DNA from: Eledone cirrhosa
Lineage: Eukaryota
Reading direction: 5' to 3'
Assembly (NCBI GenBank): GCA_964016885.1
Contig: OZ024740.1
Coordinates: forward strand, 42,098,001 to 42,162,000
DNA: 64,000 nucleotides
The position numbers were made by a program, and so were the translations under genes. Positions 28,068-44,562 of the stretch are shown here, in pieces. Each line of letters begins with the position of its first letter. Positions within the stretch are counted from its first letter, which is position 1. The notes under the pieces were generated by a model that worked only from the letters and a program-made list of their open reading frames with translations, was not told the origin of the DNA and ran no database searches.

Positions 28068-28121
<54 letters not shown>

Positions 28122-28310
28122 AGGGAGAGAGAGAGGGAGCGAGGGAGAGAGAGAGAGAACATGTATATTATACGCACACACACATATACACACACACCAC
28201 ATGTATATATTCTATTAGTTGTGAAGGTACATAAGTGATTGAAGTGCCTAAAGTTTCATGCTAAACCACTTATTAAAGTAAACTGCATTTAAACATCCGA
28301 CTGATATGTC

Positions 28311-28311
<1 letters not shown>

Positions 28312-28385
<74 letters not shown>

Positions 28386-28405
28386 GGTAGGTAGGTAGGT
28401 AGGTA
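28312..28405. repeat. (TATC)n then (TAGG)n microsatellite
   Basis: Direct inspection. Confidence 0.95.
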
Positions 28406-28661
28406 ACTATTTATTTATCTATCTACCTATCTACCTGTCAATATATATATATATACACGTACACATATATACATACACACACACACACACACATATATTC
28501 GTTGTACTGCCTCTCTGTTTTGTTCCTGTTCAAATTTTTCCATTATATATATATATATATATATATGTACATATATACATATATATTTATATATATATAT
28601 ATATGTATACACACACACACATATATATATATGTATATATAAATATATATTTTTATATATA

Positions 28662-28693
<32 letters not shown>

Positions 28694-28887
28694 CAAATAT
28701 ATAAATAAATATATATTCTTTTGAAATTATGTTATAATGTCAGAGTTAATGGAAGTTTTGAAAATTCCTCATGATACTTAACTACATATAGGTATTTGAT
28801 ATACATTGTGCACGCTATGTTATAAATGCACACATATACATACATATGGGCAGAAATCTGTGCACACTCTCGCGTATGCACATATTT

Positions 28888-29145
28888 CTGTGTGTGTGTG
28901 TGTGTGTGCATGTGTGTGTATGTGAGCTTGTATGTTCTGTTATTTGTGTGTGTGTGTTTATGTGTGAATGTGTGCATGTGTAGGCGTGTGTGTTACTAGT
29001 TGTGTGAACGTGAGCGTGTATATGTGTGTGTATATGTGCATGTGTATGTGTATATGTGTGTGTGTGTGTGAATATGTGTGTGAACGTGAGCGTGCATGTG
29101 TATGTATGTGTACATGTGTGTGTATTATGAGCTTGTATGTTATGT

Positions 29146-29199
<54 letters not shown>

Positions 29200-29860
29200 C
29201 ATGTATATGTGTATGTGTATGTGTGTGTGAGTATGTGTGAACGTGAGCGTGTGTGTGTGTATGTGAGCTTGTATGTTATGTTATGTGTGTCTGTGTGTGT
29301 ATATGTGTGTATGTGTGCATGTGTATGTGTGTGAACGTGAGCGTGTATATGTTTGTATATGTGTGCATGTGTATGTGCATGTGTGTGTGTGTGTGAACGT
29401 GAGAGTGTATATGTGTGCATGTGTATGTGTGTGTGAGTGTGCGTGTGTATATATGTGTGTATGTGTGCATATGTATGTGTATGTGTGTATGTGAGTATGT
29501 GTGTGAACGTGAGCGTGTATATGTGTCTGTATGTGTGCATGTGTATGTGCATGTGTGAACGTGAGAGTGTATATGTGTGCATGTGTATGTGTGTGTGAGT
29601 GTGTGTGTGTGTATATGTGTGTATGTGTGCATATGTATGTGTATGTGTGTATGTGAGTATATGTGTGAACGTGAGCGTGTATATGTGTATGTATGTGTGC
29701 ATGTGTATGTGCATGTGTGTGAACGTGAGAGTATATATGTGTGCATGTGTATGTGTGTGTGAGTGTGTGTGTGTATATATGTGTGTATGTGTGCATATGT
29801 ATGTGTATGTGTCTATGTGAGTATGGGTGTGAACGTAAGCGTCTATATGTGTGTGTATAT
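28888..29860. repeat. TG-rich minisatellite with recurring GTGAACGTGAG motif
   Basis: Motif recurs about ten times within TG/TA degenerate units. Confidence 0.85.
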
Positions 29861-29906
29861 GCATATTTGAGATTATATGCAGCTAGTCTAAGCAAGCATT
29901 ATTATT

Positions 29907-30095
29907 GGCGTGGATTGGCAGTATCGGTAGAGGGTCGGATGCCATGCTTTCCAGCATAGTTACGTCCCTTTACGATCTGAGTTCAAATCCTGCCGAGGTT
30001 AACTTTGCCTTTCATCCTTACGGGGTCGATAAAATAAAGTACCAGTAATGTACTGAGTATTTGCTGGCCTTGTGCCTAAAGTAGATACAATTATT
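29907..30095 (+). mobile_element. tRNA-derived SINE
   Basis: Family match; supplies the spurious GTG start of the 1022-aa ORF. Confidence 0.85.
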
Positions 30096-30272
30096 ACCAA
30101 TTATTTCATATTTGTCATTATTATTGTTGTTGTTGTTAGTGCTGCTGCTGCTGCTATTCGTATCCTCTTCACCCTCTCCTCCTCCCCTCCTCCTCCTCCA
30201 ATCTCTTCCCTCACCTCCTCCTGCTTCTGTTCCTCGTCGTTCTTTATAGACACACGCGCAAACAAATATATA

Positions 30273-33200
30273 TGGCTTGTTCCCCCCCTTTTGGAACTTT
30301 CCCCCGTTGATGGGCGTGAGCCCGAAAGATTGGGATTAAGTCTCCACTACGGTAACCCTTCTACCTTTGTTTTGTTTTCTTCTTTGTCTCTCTCAATTTT
30401 CACTTTCTCCTGTTTCTCTTATCTATCATTCACTTCCTACCTCGAGATTTCCCTCTGCATTGTTGTGGCTTTCTTAACTACGTATTTTACACATTTCACA
30501 ATGCTTCAAGCAAACTTTAACACTCTCTTATCATTACACCTGAGCCAGGACTTGTTTGCACCCATAAGGGACCTATTCAGACTATCGGAGAATCGTGCCA
30601 AACTCGGTTGCCAAATTACCTTCTTAAAACGCTGCCTAAAGAACAACATCATTCCAACCACCATCAGGAATATACATCTACCCGAATGTTTACGATCACC
30701 ATCCTTCGAAAACACCATCCGCCACATTCAACGCACGTTTATCAAGAAAATACTACGACACAACCACCACCAACTGCGACTCCATATACAAACGCTTTCC
30801 GAGCACATAGATCGTATAGCTCCAACCCTCACCCCTGACCACCAGGTCCAGGAACTACGCAAAGCTATCGATCAGTGTTACCACACCAGAGTCAAATATG
30901 ATAAACAGCGCCTTATACGGAAATACGAATGGACTGTAAACAAATACTACAATGACAACATCCGCTCCCACAGACGGACCGACTACAACCACACCAGGGG
31001 CAACAGCTATACAACACCCTCCGCTACACCCCCCAAAATCGATCTACCTACCAACGATGCTTCACACCTCGTTACCGACCTTAGCGGTACCCTCACCAAC
31101 GACGAACTCGAACTTCTGCGCCTCGGACCCAAGTTCATCATTACACAGCGTCTCGATGATAGACTGAAACTCGACATCGAAACCAACTTCTGTCGGACAG
31201 CATATCAACTGAAATGGCTAACCGCCATCCAAAACAACACCGAGATCGATTACAACCCCACAACCCACCCCACACTCCCCACGTATCACCTCGACAACCC
31301 ACTCCACACCCCACCCACCAACCACGAATTTGACACTAAACTACTCAGGTTGAAACATTCTATCTCTAACATCCTTTCCCAACACACACACACACACAAT
31401 AAACGCAACCTCACCAATGCACAATTTAATACTCTCACCAACCTAAGATCCAGGAACCTTGTGTACCTTCCCTCTGACAAGGGGAAAGAATTCTGTGTCA
31501 TCTCGAGAGAGACCTACAACAACTTAGCTCTCCAACATCTTAATGACCACAGCCTCTACTCGAAAGTCACAGGGACCTCCTCGACTCTAATCGAGGAAGG
31601 CATTAACACCATATGGACTAACATCTGTGTCCAACGAAAACTGCCAAAGAAGGTAAAAAACAACATAATGACTCGAAACAGCAAACTACCCACCTTCTAC
31701 CACCTGGTTAAAACACATAAACAAGGACCCGATTTGAAAATCAGGCCCATTGTCTCTAGCGTGGAGGGCCCACTCTACAAAATATCGTGGCTGCTCTCCA
31801 CACTACTGAAACCCATTCTACACACACTACCAGCCCACGTCTGCAGCTCAAAGGAGGTCTTGGAGCGACTACACCATCTGGCGCCCAACACCAGAAAGGA
31901 CAACGGTTATGCCTTCAGTCTTGATGTGGTCGCCCTTTATACCTCCGTACCAGCATCCCCAGCTGTCGACCTGTTGACCGAACGAGTCCGAGCATCTAAC
32001 TTACACCGCTTCGGACTCACACACACGGACATCCACCAACTCCTCTCCTTCGTTGTGGATAATGCACTCTTCAATTTCCTCGGCCACACGTACAAACAAA
32101 TCTCTGGGCTACCTATGGGCTCTAGTCTGTCCGGCATACTTGCGATCTCGTACATGGACCACCTGGAACGCAAGGCACTCAATACCTGCCAACCCAACGC
32201 CGTCGCCTTCTACTCCAGATACGTTGATGACATGCTGATACTTACTTCTTCCCGGGAGATGGCGAATGAAATTCACCAAATCTTCAACGATACTGACCAT
32301 CACGTCGATTTCACCATCGAACACCCAGGAGAAGACGGGTCACTCGCCCTCCTCGACTTCCGTATCAACATCTCGGAAGAAGGAGACATAAACACCACCT
32401 TCTACCGCAAAGCAGCGTGCAAGGACTTATTTGTGCATTACAACTCAGCCCTCCCCAACAACACTAAGAGAGGCTATGTCCTAAATGAACTGACACGGAT
32501 CACTAACAGATGCAGCGACCCGATGGGTGGTCTCACCCATACCACGCAATTCCGTAATCTACTCAGATCTAATGGTTATCCCAAGCGACTGATTAACGGA
32601 ATTAGAGACCCCAGACCCAATAGACAGACACCCACTAGAAACTTAAATAAAAGCAGGTGCTTCTTTAAAATCCCCCACCTGAGTGAATATACCACGAACG
32701 CCATCCGCAGGGCCATACGGACGGAGGGACTTGACGTACATTTGGCCCACACAGGACCTTCGCTGCGAAGATGCCTCTCCAACAAACCCGACGAGTCAGA
32801 TGGGACGTGTTCCCTCAGCAACTGCCCGATACGGGGGGCAGATTGCCTACGCACCTATGTCGTATATAAGATTCAATGCGATAAATGTAACAAGTTTTAC
32901 ATAGGTAGCACCATCCGACCCCTACATGTTCGTATCAAGGAACATATCAACACCAACGCATCTTCCTTCCGTAAACACATCCTTAAATGCGGAAACCCAC
33001 AGGGTAGACCCTTGGTCACAGTCCTAGCGACTGAACGCAGCATCGGATCCTTAAGGATAAAGGAAGCACTTGTTATTAAGAACCTCAGACCCCCACTTAA
33101 CAACCGGGCTGAGAGAAATGAGCTGACATGGCTAACTTAACCATAGTGACTATTCACAGCCTACGGCCTGCTATCTTCACACACACGCACGTATATGCAT

Positions 33201-33932
33201 ACCCATACGCATACACACACACATCTATATTTATACACGCACACATGTTTTTACAACCTACCACCTTTCACACCCTTTGATTTCCAGCTTCTACAGCCCA
33301 CTATCTTTCACACACACACGCACTCACACATATACACACACAGTTACACACACATGTATACCCATACGCTTACACACACACATCTATATTTATACACGCA
33401 CACATGTTTTACAACCTACCACCTTTCACACCCTTTGATTTCCAGCTTCTACAGCCCACTATCTTTCACACACACACACACTCACACATATACACACTTA
33501 CACTTATACACACACAGTTACACACACATATATATTTACACACACATATTTTACGGCTTTCACACGCTAGCGCACCCTCTTGATTTAACCCATTTGGTCA
33601 GTAGCTTTTGCCACAGCCTATCACGCGCACGCGCATTCTTTCCCTCGTTTAAATTTTAAATAATCTTCTCCCCATAACGGCATTCCTGTCTTAACGACAT
33701 CACACCTTTCTCCGCTTGGCCTGTTCCCCCCCTTTTGGAACTTTACCCCGTTGATGGGCGTGAGCCCGAAATATTGGGATTAAATCTCCACTACGGTAAC
33801 CCTTCTACCTTTGTTTTGTTTTCTTCTTTGTCTCTCTCAATTTTCACTTTCTCCTGTTTCTCTTATCTATCATTCACTTCCTACCTCGAGATTTCCCTCT
33901 GCATTGTTGTGGCTTTCTTAAGTACGTATTTT
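30273..33932 (+). mobile_element. Full-length Penelope-like retroelement with direct pLTRs
   Basis: Near-identical ~217-bp direct repeats at 30273-30489 and 33717-33932 flanking an RT-EN ORF; ends in (TA)n. Confidence 0.93.
30501..33140 (+). CDS. PLE reverse transcriptase-GIY-YIG endonuclease polyprotein (879 aa from first ATG)
   Basis: Uninterrupted frame; SDKG, KTHK..IRPIVS, SLDVVALYTSVP, GLPMGS, RYVDD, LDF, YRK, Cys-rich linker, VVYKIQCDKCNKFYIGST..RIKEH, KEA..I..PPLN. Confidence 0.95.
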   Translation: MLQANFNTLLSLHLSQDLFAPIRDLFRLSENRAKLGCQITFLKRCLKNNIIPTTIRNIHLPECLRSPSFENTIRHIQRTFIKKILRHNHHQLRLHIQTLSEHIDRIAPTLTPDHQVQELRKAIDQCYHTRVKYDKQRLIRKYEWTVNKYYNDNIRSHRRTDYNHTRGNSYTTPSATPPKIDLPTNDASHLVTDLSGTLTNDELELLRLGPKFIITQRLDDRLKLDIETNFCRTAYQLKWLTAIQNNTEIDYNPTTHPTLPTYHLDNPLHTPPTNHEFDTKLLRLKHSISNILSQHTHTHNKRNLTNAQFNTLTNLRSRNLVYLPSDKGKEFCVISRETYNNLALQHLNDHSLYSKVTGTSSTLIEEGINTIWTNICVQRKLPKKVKNNIMTRNSKLPTFYHLVKTHKQGPDLKIRPIVSSVEGPLYKISWLLSTLLKPILHTLPAHVCSSKEVLERLHHLAPNTRKDNGYAFSLDVVALYTSVPASPAVDLLTERVRASNLHRFGLTHTDIHQLLSFVVDNALFNFLGHTYKQISGLPMGSSLSGILAISYMDHLERKALNTCQPNAVAFYSRYVDDMLILTSSREMANEIHQIFNDTDHHVDFTIEHPGEDGSLALLDFRINISEEGDINTTFYRKAACKDLFVHYNSALPNNTKRGYVLNELTRITNRCSDPMGGLTHTTQFRNLLRSNGYPKRLINGIRDPRPNRQTPTRNLNKSRCFFKIPHLSEYTTNAIRRAIRTEGLDVHLAHTGPSLRRCLSNKPDESDGTCSLSNCPIRGADCLRTYVVYKIQCDKCNKFYIGSTIRPLHVRIKEHINTNASSFRKHILKCGNPQGRPLVTVLATERSIGSLRIKEALVIKNLRPPLNNRAERNELTWLT

Positions 33933-33946
33933 ATATATATATATAT

Positions 33947-34083
33947 AACGAAGGAGGTGTGGTAAGGATCGAGATGGACCATAACGCACCAGAGTACTCA
34001 ATACTTAGAGTAGTAGAGTGGGTAATAGGAAAACGTTTAACCCCGACGGCAGAACTCAAGCCGTTTCAACGGCTATTTCTGGA
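33947..34083 (-). mobile_element. Family A pLTR end
   Basis: AACGAAGGAGGTGTGGTAAGGA..GTACTCAATAC family sequence, sharing a TA tract tail-to-tail with the intact PLE. Confidence 0.75.
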
Positions 34084-34138
34084 GTAGTGTTTATATATAT
34101 ATATATATATATATATGTACGTATATATATATATATAT

Positions 34139-37590
<3,452 letters not shown>

Positions 37591-37624
37591 CCACACACAC
37601 ACGTATTAAGCCATAGTGTCTAGC

Positions 37625-37970
37625 AACCATCGTTGCTCGTTTGTTCAACACTGTCAAAGGAACGCTGTACTAGTGTCAAGCTTATTAGCTATCGTCAGCA
37701 ACGTATACCTTCCTGCCAGATTGTTGAACGTATATACTTACCTTATGCATATTAATGGCTGAGTAGCCCAATTTGCACATCGAGGGGGTTAATCGGGCGG
37801 GTGCACCGAAAACGATAAACGGAAAAAATGAAACGAAATTTCATTTCCCACTCTTAGTACGGCTGTTACTTAAATATAAGTATGTACACGTACATACATA
37901 TATGTATACAGACGTACAGTAGTATGTATATATATACATACATGCACACATATACATATGTACGTATGGA
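37625..37970 (-). mobile_element. pLTR remnant of the 42 kb family with degenerate HHR
   Basis: Homologous to 42045-42150, 42320-42380 and (inverted) 42390-42590. Confidence 0.65.
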
Positions 37971-38330
37971 TTCACCGAACATTTATAATAATGCTCGGTG
38001 TGTTTGTAAACAAACATCCCGTATTAACCGTAGTGTTGTGACAGAATCGCAGAAATTTATATTTAAATTTATATAGCAATATAAACATGAAGAAAAATAT
38101 GAATGACGATAATGATAATGTAGAGGTGGAGGGGTGTTTGCCTTGTTGATGCAGTGACATTCCCGAGAAAAGGCAGATATGAAGCTAGTTGTCATTGGGG
38201 AGTTAGAAGTGGGTGTATGTGCGTACTCCTCACCGCCTTAGGTTTTTGTTAATGGGAGTGTGTGTTTATGTGTAGATGTGGAAGTTGTATCTGTGTACGT
38301 GTGTGAGCCGAAGTGAATATGTGTGGATCG

Positions 38331-38371
<41 letters not shown>

Positions 38372-38510
38372 AAAGTTAAACAAGGTTCAATGAATACATC
38401 AAAGAATGAGTTTTACAATAGATTGGAAGCACTCAACAAAAAGTTTTTTCAGAGTTATTAGTATTAATTCAAATTATTAACAAAATAGATATTCTTGTGA
38501 TCAAGTATAT

Positions 38511-38571
38511 TTTATTATACATATTTCAGAGGTACTGAGTTAAGTTCAACAGTACGTCCTCATCAGATAAA
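38511..38571 (-). ncRNA. Type I hammerhead ribozyme
   Basis: Minus: TTTAT-CTGATGA-GGACGTACTG..CAGTACCTCT-GAAA-T ATGT A-TA-ATAAA. Confidence 0.7.
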
Positions 38572-39264
38572 ATAAGATGATGCATGACATACCCTGACAT
38601 AGTAGATGGTTAAGATTCAGTAATGATTGTGATTAACATATGACAAAATTCATTATTTATACCCTAATATTGAGAACATGAGAAAAAAATATATAATACA
38701 AACAATAGAGATGGTGCGTGTAATACAGCTTAAAAAATACATGGCATCAATATAACATTTAACATTTTTTTTTTTAAACTACTGAAGAATGAGGAAAGAA
38801 AGGAAAGCATAGAGGAAGAAACAGCTGATGTGATAATACATTTAGTAGGTGCCTGGAAAAACAAATGAAAGATGATTAAAGACAGAGAGAGAAAAAGGGG
38901 AGTAATTTATGGTCAAGTTTATAGACAATTATCCATATATGCAATATATATGCAAACTTATTTAGTTGACCGTTAATATTCAAAATATTTAATTTAAGTT
39001 ATTTCAGAGTAATGAGTAATATTTTAGGTTTTAAAAGTTAATAGGTATTTGTATTAATATTATATTATACTATCAAGTTTAATTTTTAAAATTCAAATTT
39101 TATGAAAACAAATTTAAAGGATTTACGAAACACGAGAAAGAAAATATATAATGCTTTTATACCCTCACGAAGGTAATCTTTACCACAATTATTTATAATA
39201 TTGACAACAGTTTATATGATATATTTATAAAATAATTATAGTTATAATATATATATATATATAA

Positions 39265-39654
39265 TAATTGTTTCTACTTTTGGCACAAGGCCAGCAACTA
39301 CCCAGTGTGTTACTGGTACTCTATTTTATCGACCCCGTAAGGGTGAAAGGCAAAATTAACCTTGGCGGGATTTGAACTCAGAATGGCAAGGGCAGTAACT
39401 CTATGCCTCAAAGCATGGCGTCCGACCCTCTACCGATACTGCCAATCCCCCGGCTTTATATATATATATAATAATTGTTTCTACTTTAGGCACAAGGCCA
39501 GCAATTACTCAGTGCATTACTGGTACTTTATTTTATTGACCCCGTAAGGATGAAAGGCAAAGTCAACTTCGGTGGGATTTGAATTCAGATCGTAAAGGGA
39601 CGTAACTATGCTGGAAAGCATGGCGTCCGACCCTCTACCGATACTGCCAATCCA
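39265..39654 (-). mobile_element. Two tandem SINEs
   Basis: Family matches at 39265-39450 and 39474-39654. Confidence 0.85.
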
Positions 39655-39798
39655 CAGGTTTATTAGGTTCACGCTCTTGAGAGTGGGTGGGGTGGGGAAC
39701 AACGTTTCGGGCATAAGCCCTTCTTCAGGATAAATAGGTTAGGAAGAGAGATCCGAGGGTGCGTGGAAATACATTTAGAAAAAAGGGGGAAGTAGAAC

Positions 39799-39974
39799 AA
39801 ATAAAAATAAAAATAAAAATAAAAATAAAAATAAAAATAAAAATAAAAATAAAAATAAAAATAAAAATAAAAATAAAAATAAAAATAAAAATAAAAATAA
39901 AAAATAAAAATAAAAATAAAAATAAAAATAAAAATAAAAATAAAAATAAAAATAAAAATAAAAATAAAAATAAA

Positions 39975-40005
<31 letters not shown>

Positions 40006-40039
40006 TAAAAATAAAGATAAAAATAAAAATAAAAATAAA
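39799..40039. repeat. (TAAAAA)n hexamer tandem repeat inside a probable pLTR remnant
   Basis: Direct inspection; HHR-like CTGAAGA-AGGGCTTATGCCC-GAAACG on minus at 39703-39729. Confidence 0.9.
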
Positions 40040-40269
40040 CGTAAAAATAAACAGGAATTAACAATAAGATGAGCAAGTGGTGGAAGGGTGTGAAGCGTGT
40101 AAGGGTGGTGGCGGGTGGAGTTGGGCGAGGGAGGCGGGGGCCGAAGCTGGGAAGGCTGAAGGTGGTGTTTGTGTATGTGTGTAGGTGTACGTGGGTGTGT
40201 GTGTAGGTGAGAAGAAGGACGAGGTTCCATGTTCTGGATTCCGGAGGTTGAGTGTGTACGCACGTGTGT

Positions 40270-40414
40270 GTGGGTAATAGGAAAATGTATGACCCCGACA
40301 GCAGAGCTCTGCCGTCGAGGTCATACATTTTCCTATTACCCACTCTACTACCCTAAGTATTGAGTACTCTGGTGCGTTATGGTCCACCTGGTTCCTTACC
40401 ACACTTCCTTCGTT
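40270..40414 (+). mobile_element. Family A mini fold-back
   Basis: Palindrome centred on GAGCTC, then tail and (TA)n. Confidence 0.8.
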
Positions 40415-40418
40415 ATAT

Positions 40419-40527
<109 letters not shown>

Positions 40528-40594
40528 GAAGGTTTAGCAAATAAGATAAAGTTTCAAAATAAATTTTAAAAAATTAACTGTACTTACTATAGTT

Positions 40595-40678
40595 ACCTTT
40601 ACCGAGTCGGTTTCGATTCTCAAAAATAAACGGAGTCCATACGGCCTTCGTTGCAAAGAAAGAATCTCGTCAGAAGGT
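40595..40678 (-). ncRNA. Type I hammerhead ribozyme
   Basis: Minus: ACCTT-CTGACGA-GATTCT..AGAATC-GAAA-CCG ACT CGG-TA-AAGGT; lies within pLTR cassette 40522-41232. Confidence 0.85.
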
Positions 40679-41227
40679 TCTTTTCATTCGGAGAATATAA
40701 AATTCTCGAATTCAAATTACGAACTGGCGCTATTCAAAATTGTTCCCGAGATGAGAGTAAATGAAGTGGAATCAATTTTTTCAAGGGCCGAGTGTAAAGA
40801 TAAAGGCAGAGGCAGAGAGGTCAGATGGCTATTGCTATAACTAACAGCAGTCAGAACGCCCAAATTTTTCTCAACATAGAGGAGTATAGTAATAATAGGA
40901 TATGTGTTCCTACACGCACAAGGCGTTAAGAGACACATGTATTGTCCAACCATATGCCAATGTGGTTCAATGGCAGGTTAATAAATTAACGAGCCAGAAC
41001 ATATATAATGAAGGTTTAGCAAATAAGATAAAGTTTCAAAATGTAGGTAACCATAGTAAGAACAGTTAATTTTTTAAAGTTTATTTTGAAACTTTATCTG
41101 ATTTGCTAAAGCTTCATTATATATGTTCTGGCTCGTTAATTTATTAACCTGCTATTGAACCACATTGGCATATGGTTGGACAATACATGTGTCCCTTAAC
41201 GCCTTGTGCGTGTAGGAACACATATCC

Positions 41228-41310
<83 letters not shown>

Positions 41311-41481
41311 AATATATCTACTAACATATGCGTACAGATGTACGCTAATGCTAGCAAATACACAGGTTATGTCATAGTACCTAGGTGGTTCAATGCAGGA
41401 GGATGCAGAACAATAATATAAAAGACGTAAAATAAGAAAATTTAAAAAATTTAAAAAATTAACTTACTTACTAAAATTTTC

Positions 41482-41563
41482 ACTCCAACTAATTAGTTTC
41501 TGCAATGGGATAAAGACAGTTACGTAATCTAACTGTCGAGAATTCATTGCGTCATCAGGGAGT
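41482..41563 (-). ncRNA. Type I hammerhead ribozyme
   Basis: Minus: ACTCC-CTGATGA-CGCAATG..CATTGCA-GAAA-CTAATTAG-TT-GGAGT; lies within cassette 41305-42040. Confidence 0.8.
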
Positions 41564-42044
41564 CTATTCTCAGCTAAGTCTCCAGGCATTGCGCGGACAC
41601 TGGGGACTCATATAAAAATAATAATAATTCGGCAGATGGAACAGCTAGCGGGGACTGGATTCCATGTACTGAACAGCTCGCTGTCACTGGTCAAATGGCA
41701 GATTCTAAAGAATCAATCACGTGACACTGAGGCTAGTCGGTAGGAGTGGGATGGTAAGATGACAGAAGCCTACTATCACACCAATAAATTAGTAGTGGTT
41801 TTGGCAGGTTTGCTCGACAAATAAGTAATTTGGTGATAAATATATAGAATTTAATATATCTACTAACATATGCGTACAGATGTACGCTAATGCTAGCAAA
41901 TACACAGGTTATGTCATAGTACCTAGGTGGTTCAATGCAGGAGGATGCAGAACAATAATATAAAAGACGTAAATTAAGAATTATTATTTTTATATGAGTC
42001 CCCAGTGTCCGCGCATTGCCTGGAGACTTAGCTGAGAATACTGT

Positions 42045-42154
42045 AATAAAATGAAAACGGAATTTCATTTCTCACTCTTAGTACGGCACTTACTTAAATG
42101 TAAGTATGTATGTATACGTACATACATATATGTATACAGACGTACAGTAGCATG

Positions 42155-42190
<36 letters not shown>

Positions 42191-42739
42191 CAGGTACACA
42201 TACATATATGTACGCATCAGTTTAGCGGACGCTTATTATAGCGCCCGCTTTGTTCGTTTGTAAACAAACTGAACAGCCTGAATTTATGCCGCACGGTGTT
42301 AAGGCAACCACGTCACCTTTTTGTTCAACACTGACACAGGAACGATGTACTAGTTTCAAGCTTGTTAGCTATCATCAGCACTAAGAGTGAGAAATGAAAT
42401 TTCGTTTTCATTTTATTACAACTCATCGTTTTCGGTGCGCCTGACCGATTTAACTCACTCGATATGCAAATTAGGCTGCTCAGCCGTTAATTTTCATAAG
42501 GAAAGTATATACTTTCGAACGTTCAACTATCTGGCAGATGGGTATACGGTGCTGATGATAGCTAACAAGCTTGAAACTAGTACATCGTTCCTGTGTCAGT
42601 GTTGAACAAAAAGGTGACGTGGTTGCCTTAACACCGTGCGGCATAAATTCAGGCTGTTCAGTTTGTTTACAAACGAACAAAGCGGGCGCTATAATAAGCG
42701 TCCGCTAAACTGATGCGTACATATATGTATGTGTACCTG

Positions 42740-42798
<59 letters not shown>

Positions 42799-42860
42799 GT
42801 GCATGCTACTGTACGTCTGTATACATATATGTATGTACGTATACATACATACTTACATTT
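42045..42860. mobile_element. pLTR fold-back cassette with HHR in both arms
   Basis: Arms ~42097-42381 and 42549-42860. Confidence 0.8.
42547..42587 (+). ncRNA. Minimal type I hammerhead ribozyme
   Basis: CGGTG-CTGATGA-TAGCT AACA AGCTT-GAAA-CTAG-TA-CATCG. Confidence 0.85.
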
Positions 42861-42884
42861 ATATATATATATATATGGGACTAT

Positions 42885-44502
42885 CTGTGTGCATGTGTGT
42901 GTCTGTGAGTATGTGCGTGTATGTGTGTATATGTGTGTCTGCGCTTGTATGTGTCCGTGTGTATGTGCGTGCGCGTGTGTGTGGTGTGTGTGTGTATGTG
43001 TGTGTGTGCGCGTGTATGTGTGTGGGTGTATGTGCGTTCTTATGTGTGTGTGCGCGCGCGTGTGTATGTGCGTGCGTGTGTATGAGTATATGTTCACGTG
43101 TATGTGTCTGTGTGTATGTGCGTGCGCGTGTGTGTGTGCGCGCGCGTGTGTGAGACGCTTTGAGTGGGTATACGATTCGCTTTGTTTGTGTGTGTTTCTC
43201 ACTATGTGTATTTTTGTCGATTTATACACACACATACACAAACACATAAATACACAAAGTGAGAAACACACACAAACAAAGCGACTCATATACACATACT
43301 CAAAGCGTCGTGTGTATATATTAGTGGACGTATGTATACATGTGTGTGTCTGTGTGCGCGAGTATGGGTGGCTATGCGTGCATGTATGTGTATGTGAGTT
43401 TGTGTGTGTCTGTGTGTGAGTGTGTGTGTGTATGTGTGTGTGTGTACGCTGGGGTGTGTGTGTGTGAATGTGCGTGCGTGCGTATGTGTATATGTGCGTG
43501 TATGCGCGCGCACGTGTGTGTCTGTGTGTATGTGCGTGTTGGTGTATGTATGTGTGTATGTGTGTGTGTATGTGTGTGTGTGTGTACGCTGGGTGTAGGT
43601 GAGTGTAGTTAAGTGGCAATGTATCGGGATTGTGTTTATATGCGATGGATATGCTGCATGTTGAGTATGCGCGACGGTGTGTGCATGTGATATGTGATAT
43701 CAGCATGTGATATGTGATATCTGCATGTGATATGTGATATGTGATATATGCATGCGATATGTGATATATGCATATGATATGTGATATGTGCATGTGATAT
43801 GTGATATGTGCATGTAATATGAGATATTCGCATGTGATATGTGATATCTGCATGTGATATGTGAGATCGTGCATGTGATATGTGATATCTGCATGTGATA
43901 TGTGATATGTGCATGTGATATCTGATATATGCATGTGATGTGTGATATCTGCATATGATATGTGATATCTGCATGTGTACATGTGTGCGTGTGTGAATGT
44001 GTTGTGTGATGTGTAAATGTGTGCTGTGTGGTGTGTGTTGTGTAAATGTGTACTATGAGGTGTGTACTCGTGTGTGCATGTGTGATGTGTAATGTGTACA
44101 TGTGTGATGTGTGGTGTGTAATGTATGCACGTATGAATGTATAATGTGTGCACTGGTGCATGTGCAATGGGTGTACGTGTGCATGTGTGATGTGTGCATA
44201 TGTGCATGTGTGATGTGTGGTGTGTATGTGCATGTGTGGTGTGTGATGTGTGATGTGTGGTGTGTAATGTGTGATGTGTGGTGTGTAATGTGTGCACGTG
44301 TGCATGTGTAATGTGTGCACGTGTGTATTTATGATGTGTGCATATGCACATGTGTGATGCGTGGTGTGTAATGTGTGCATATGTGCATGTGTGAGGTGTG
44401 CTGTGCGCATTTATACATGTGTGATGTGTGAATTTGTGCATGTGTGGTGTGTAATGCGTGCATGTGTGCATGTGTGGACGTGTGCATGTGTGATGTGGTG
44501 TG
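42885..44502. repeat. TG-rich low-complexity block including a ~20-bp GCATGTGATATGTGATAT minisatellite (43682-43976)
   Basis: Direct inspection. Confidence 0.9.
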
Positions 44503-44562
44503 TAGGATCCTTGACTGACGGCTAGGTCGAACCTCAAGCGATTGGTAGCAGAGCCTGATGTG

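Noticed and set aside
30072-30500. Hydrophobic 143-aa N-terminal extension of the 1022-aa ORF
   Set aside because: Starts at a GTG inside a SINE and runs through simple repeats and the pLTR; the ATG at 30501 aligns with the ATG of the paralogue at 34979
39759-40343. KI/KN/FY repeat ORFs
   Set aside because: Translation of (TAAAAA)n
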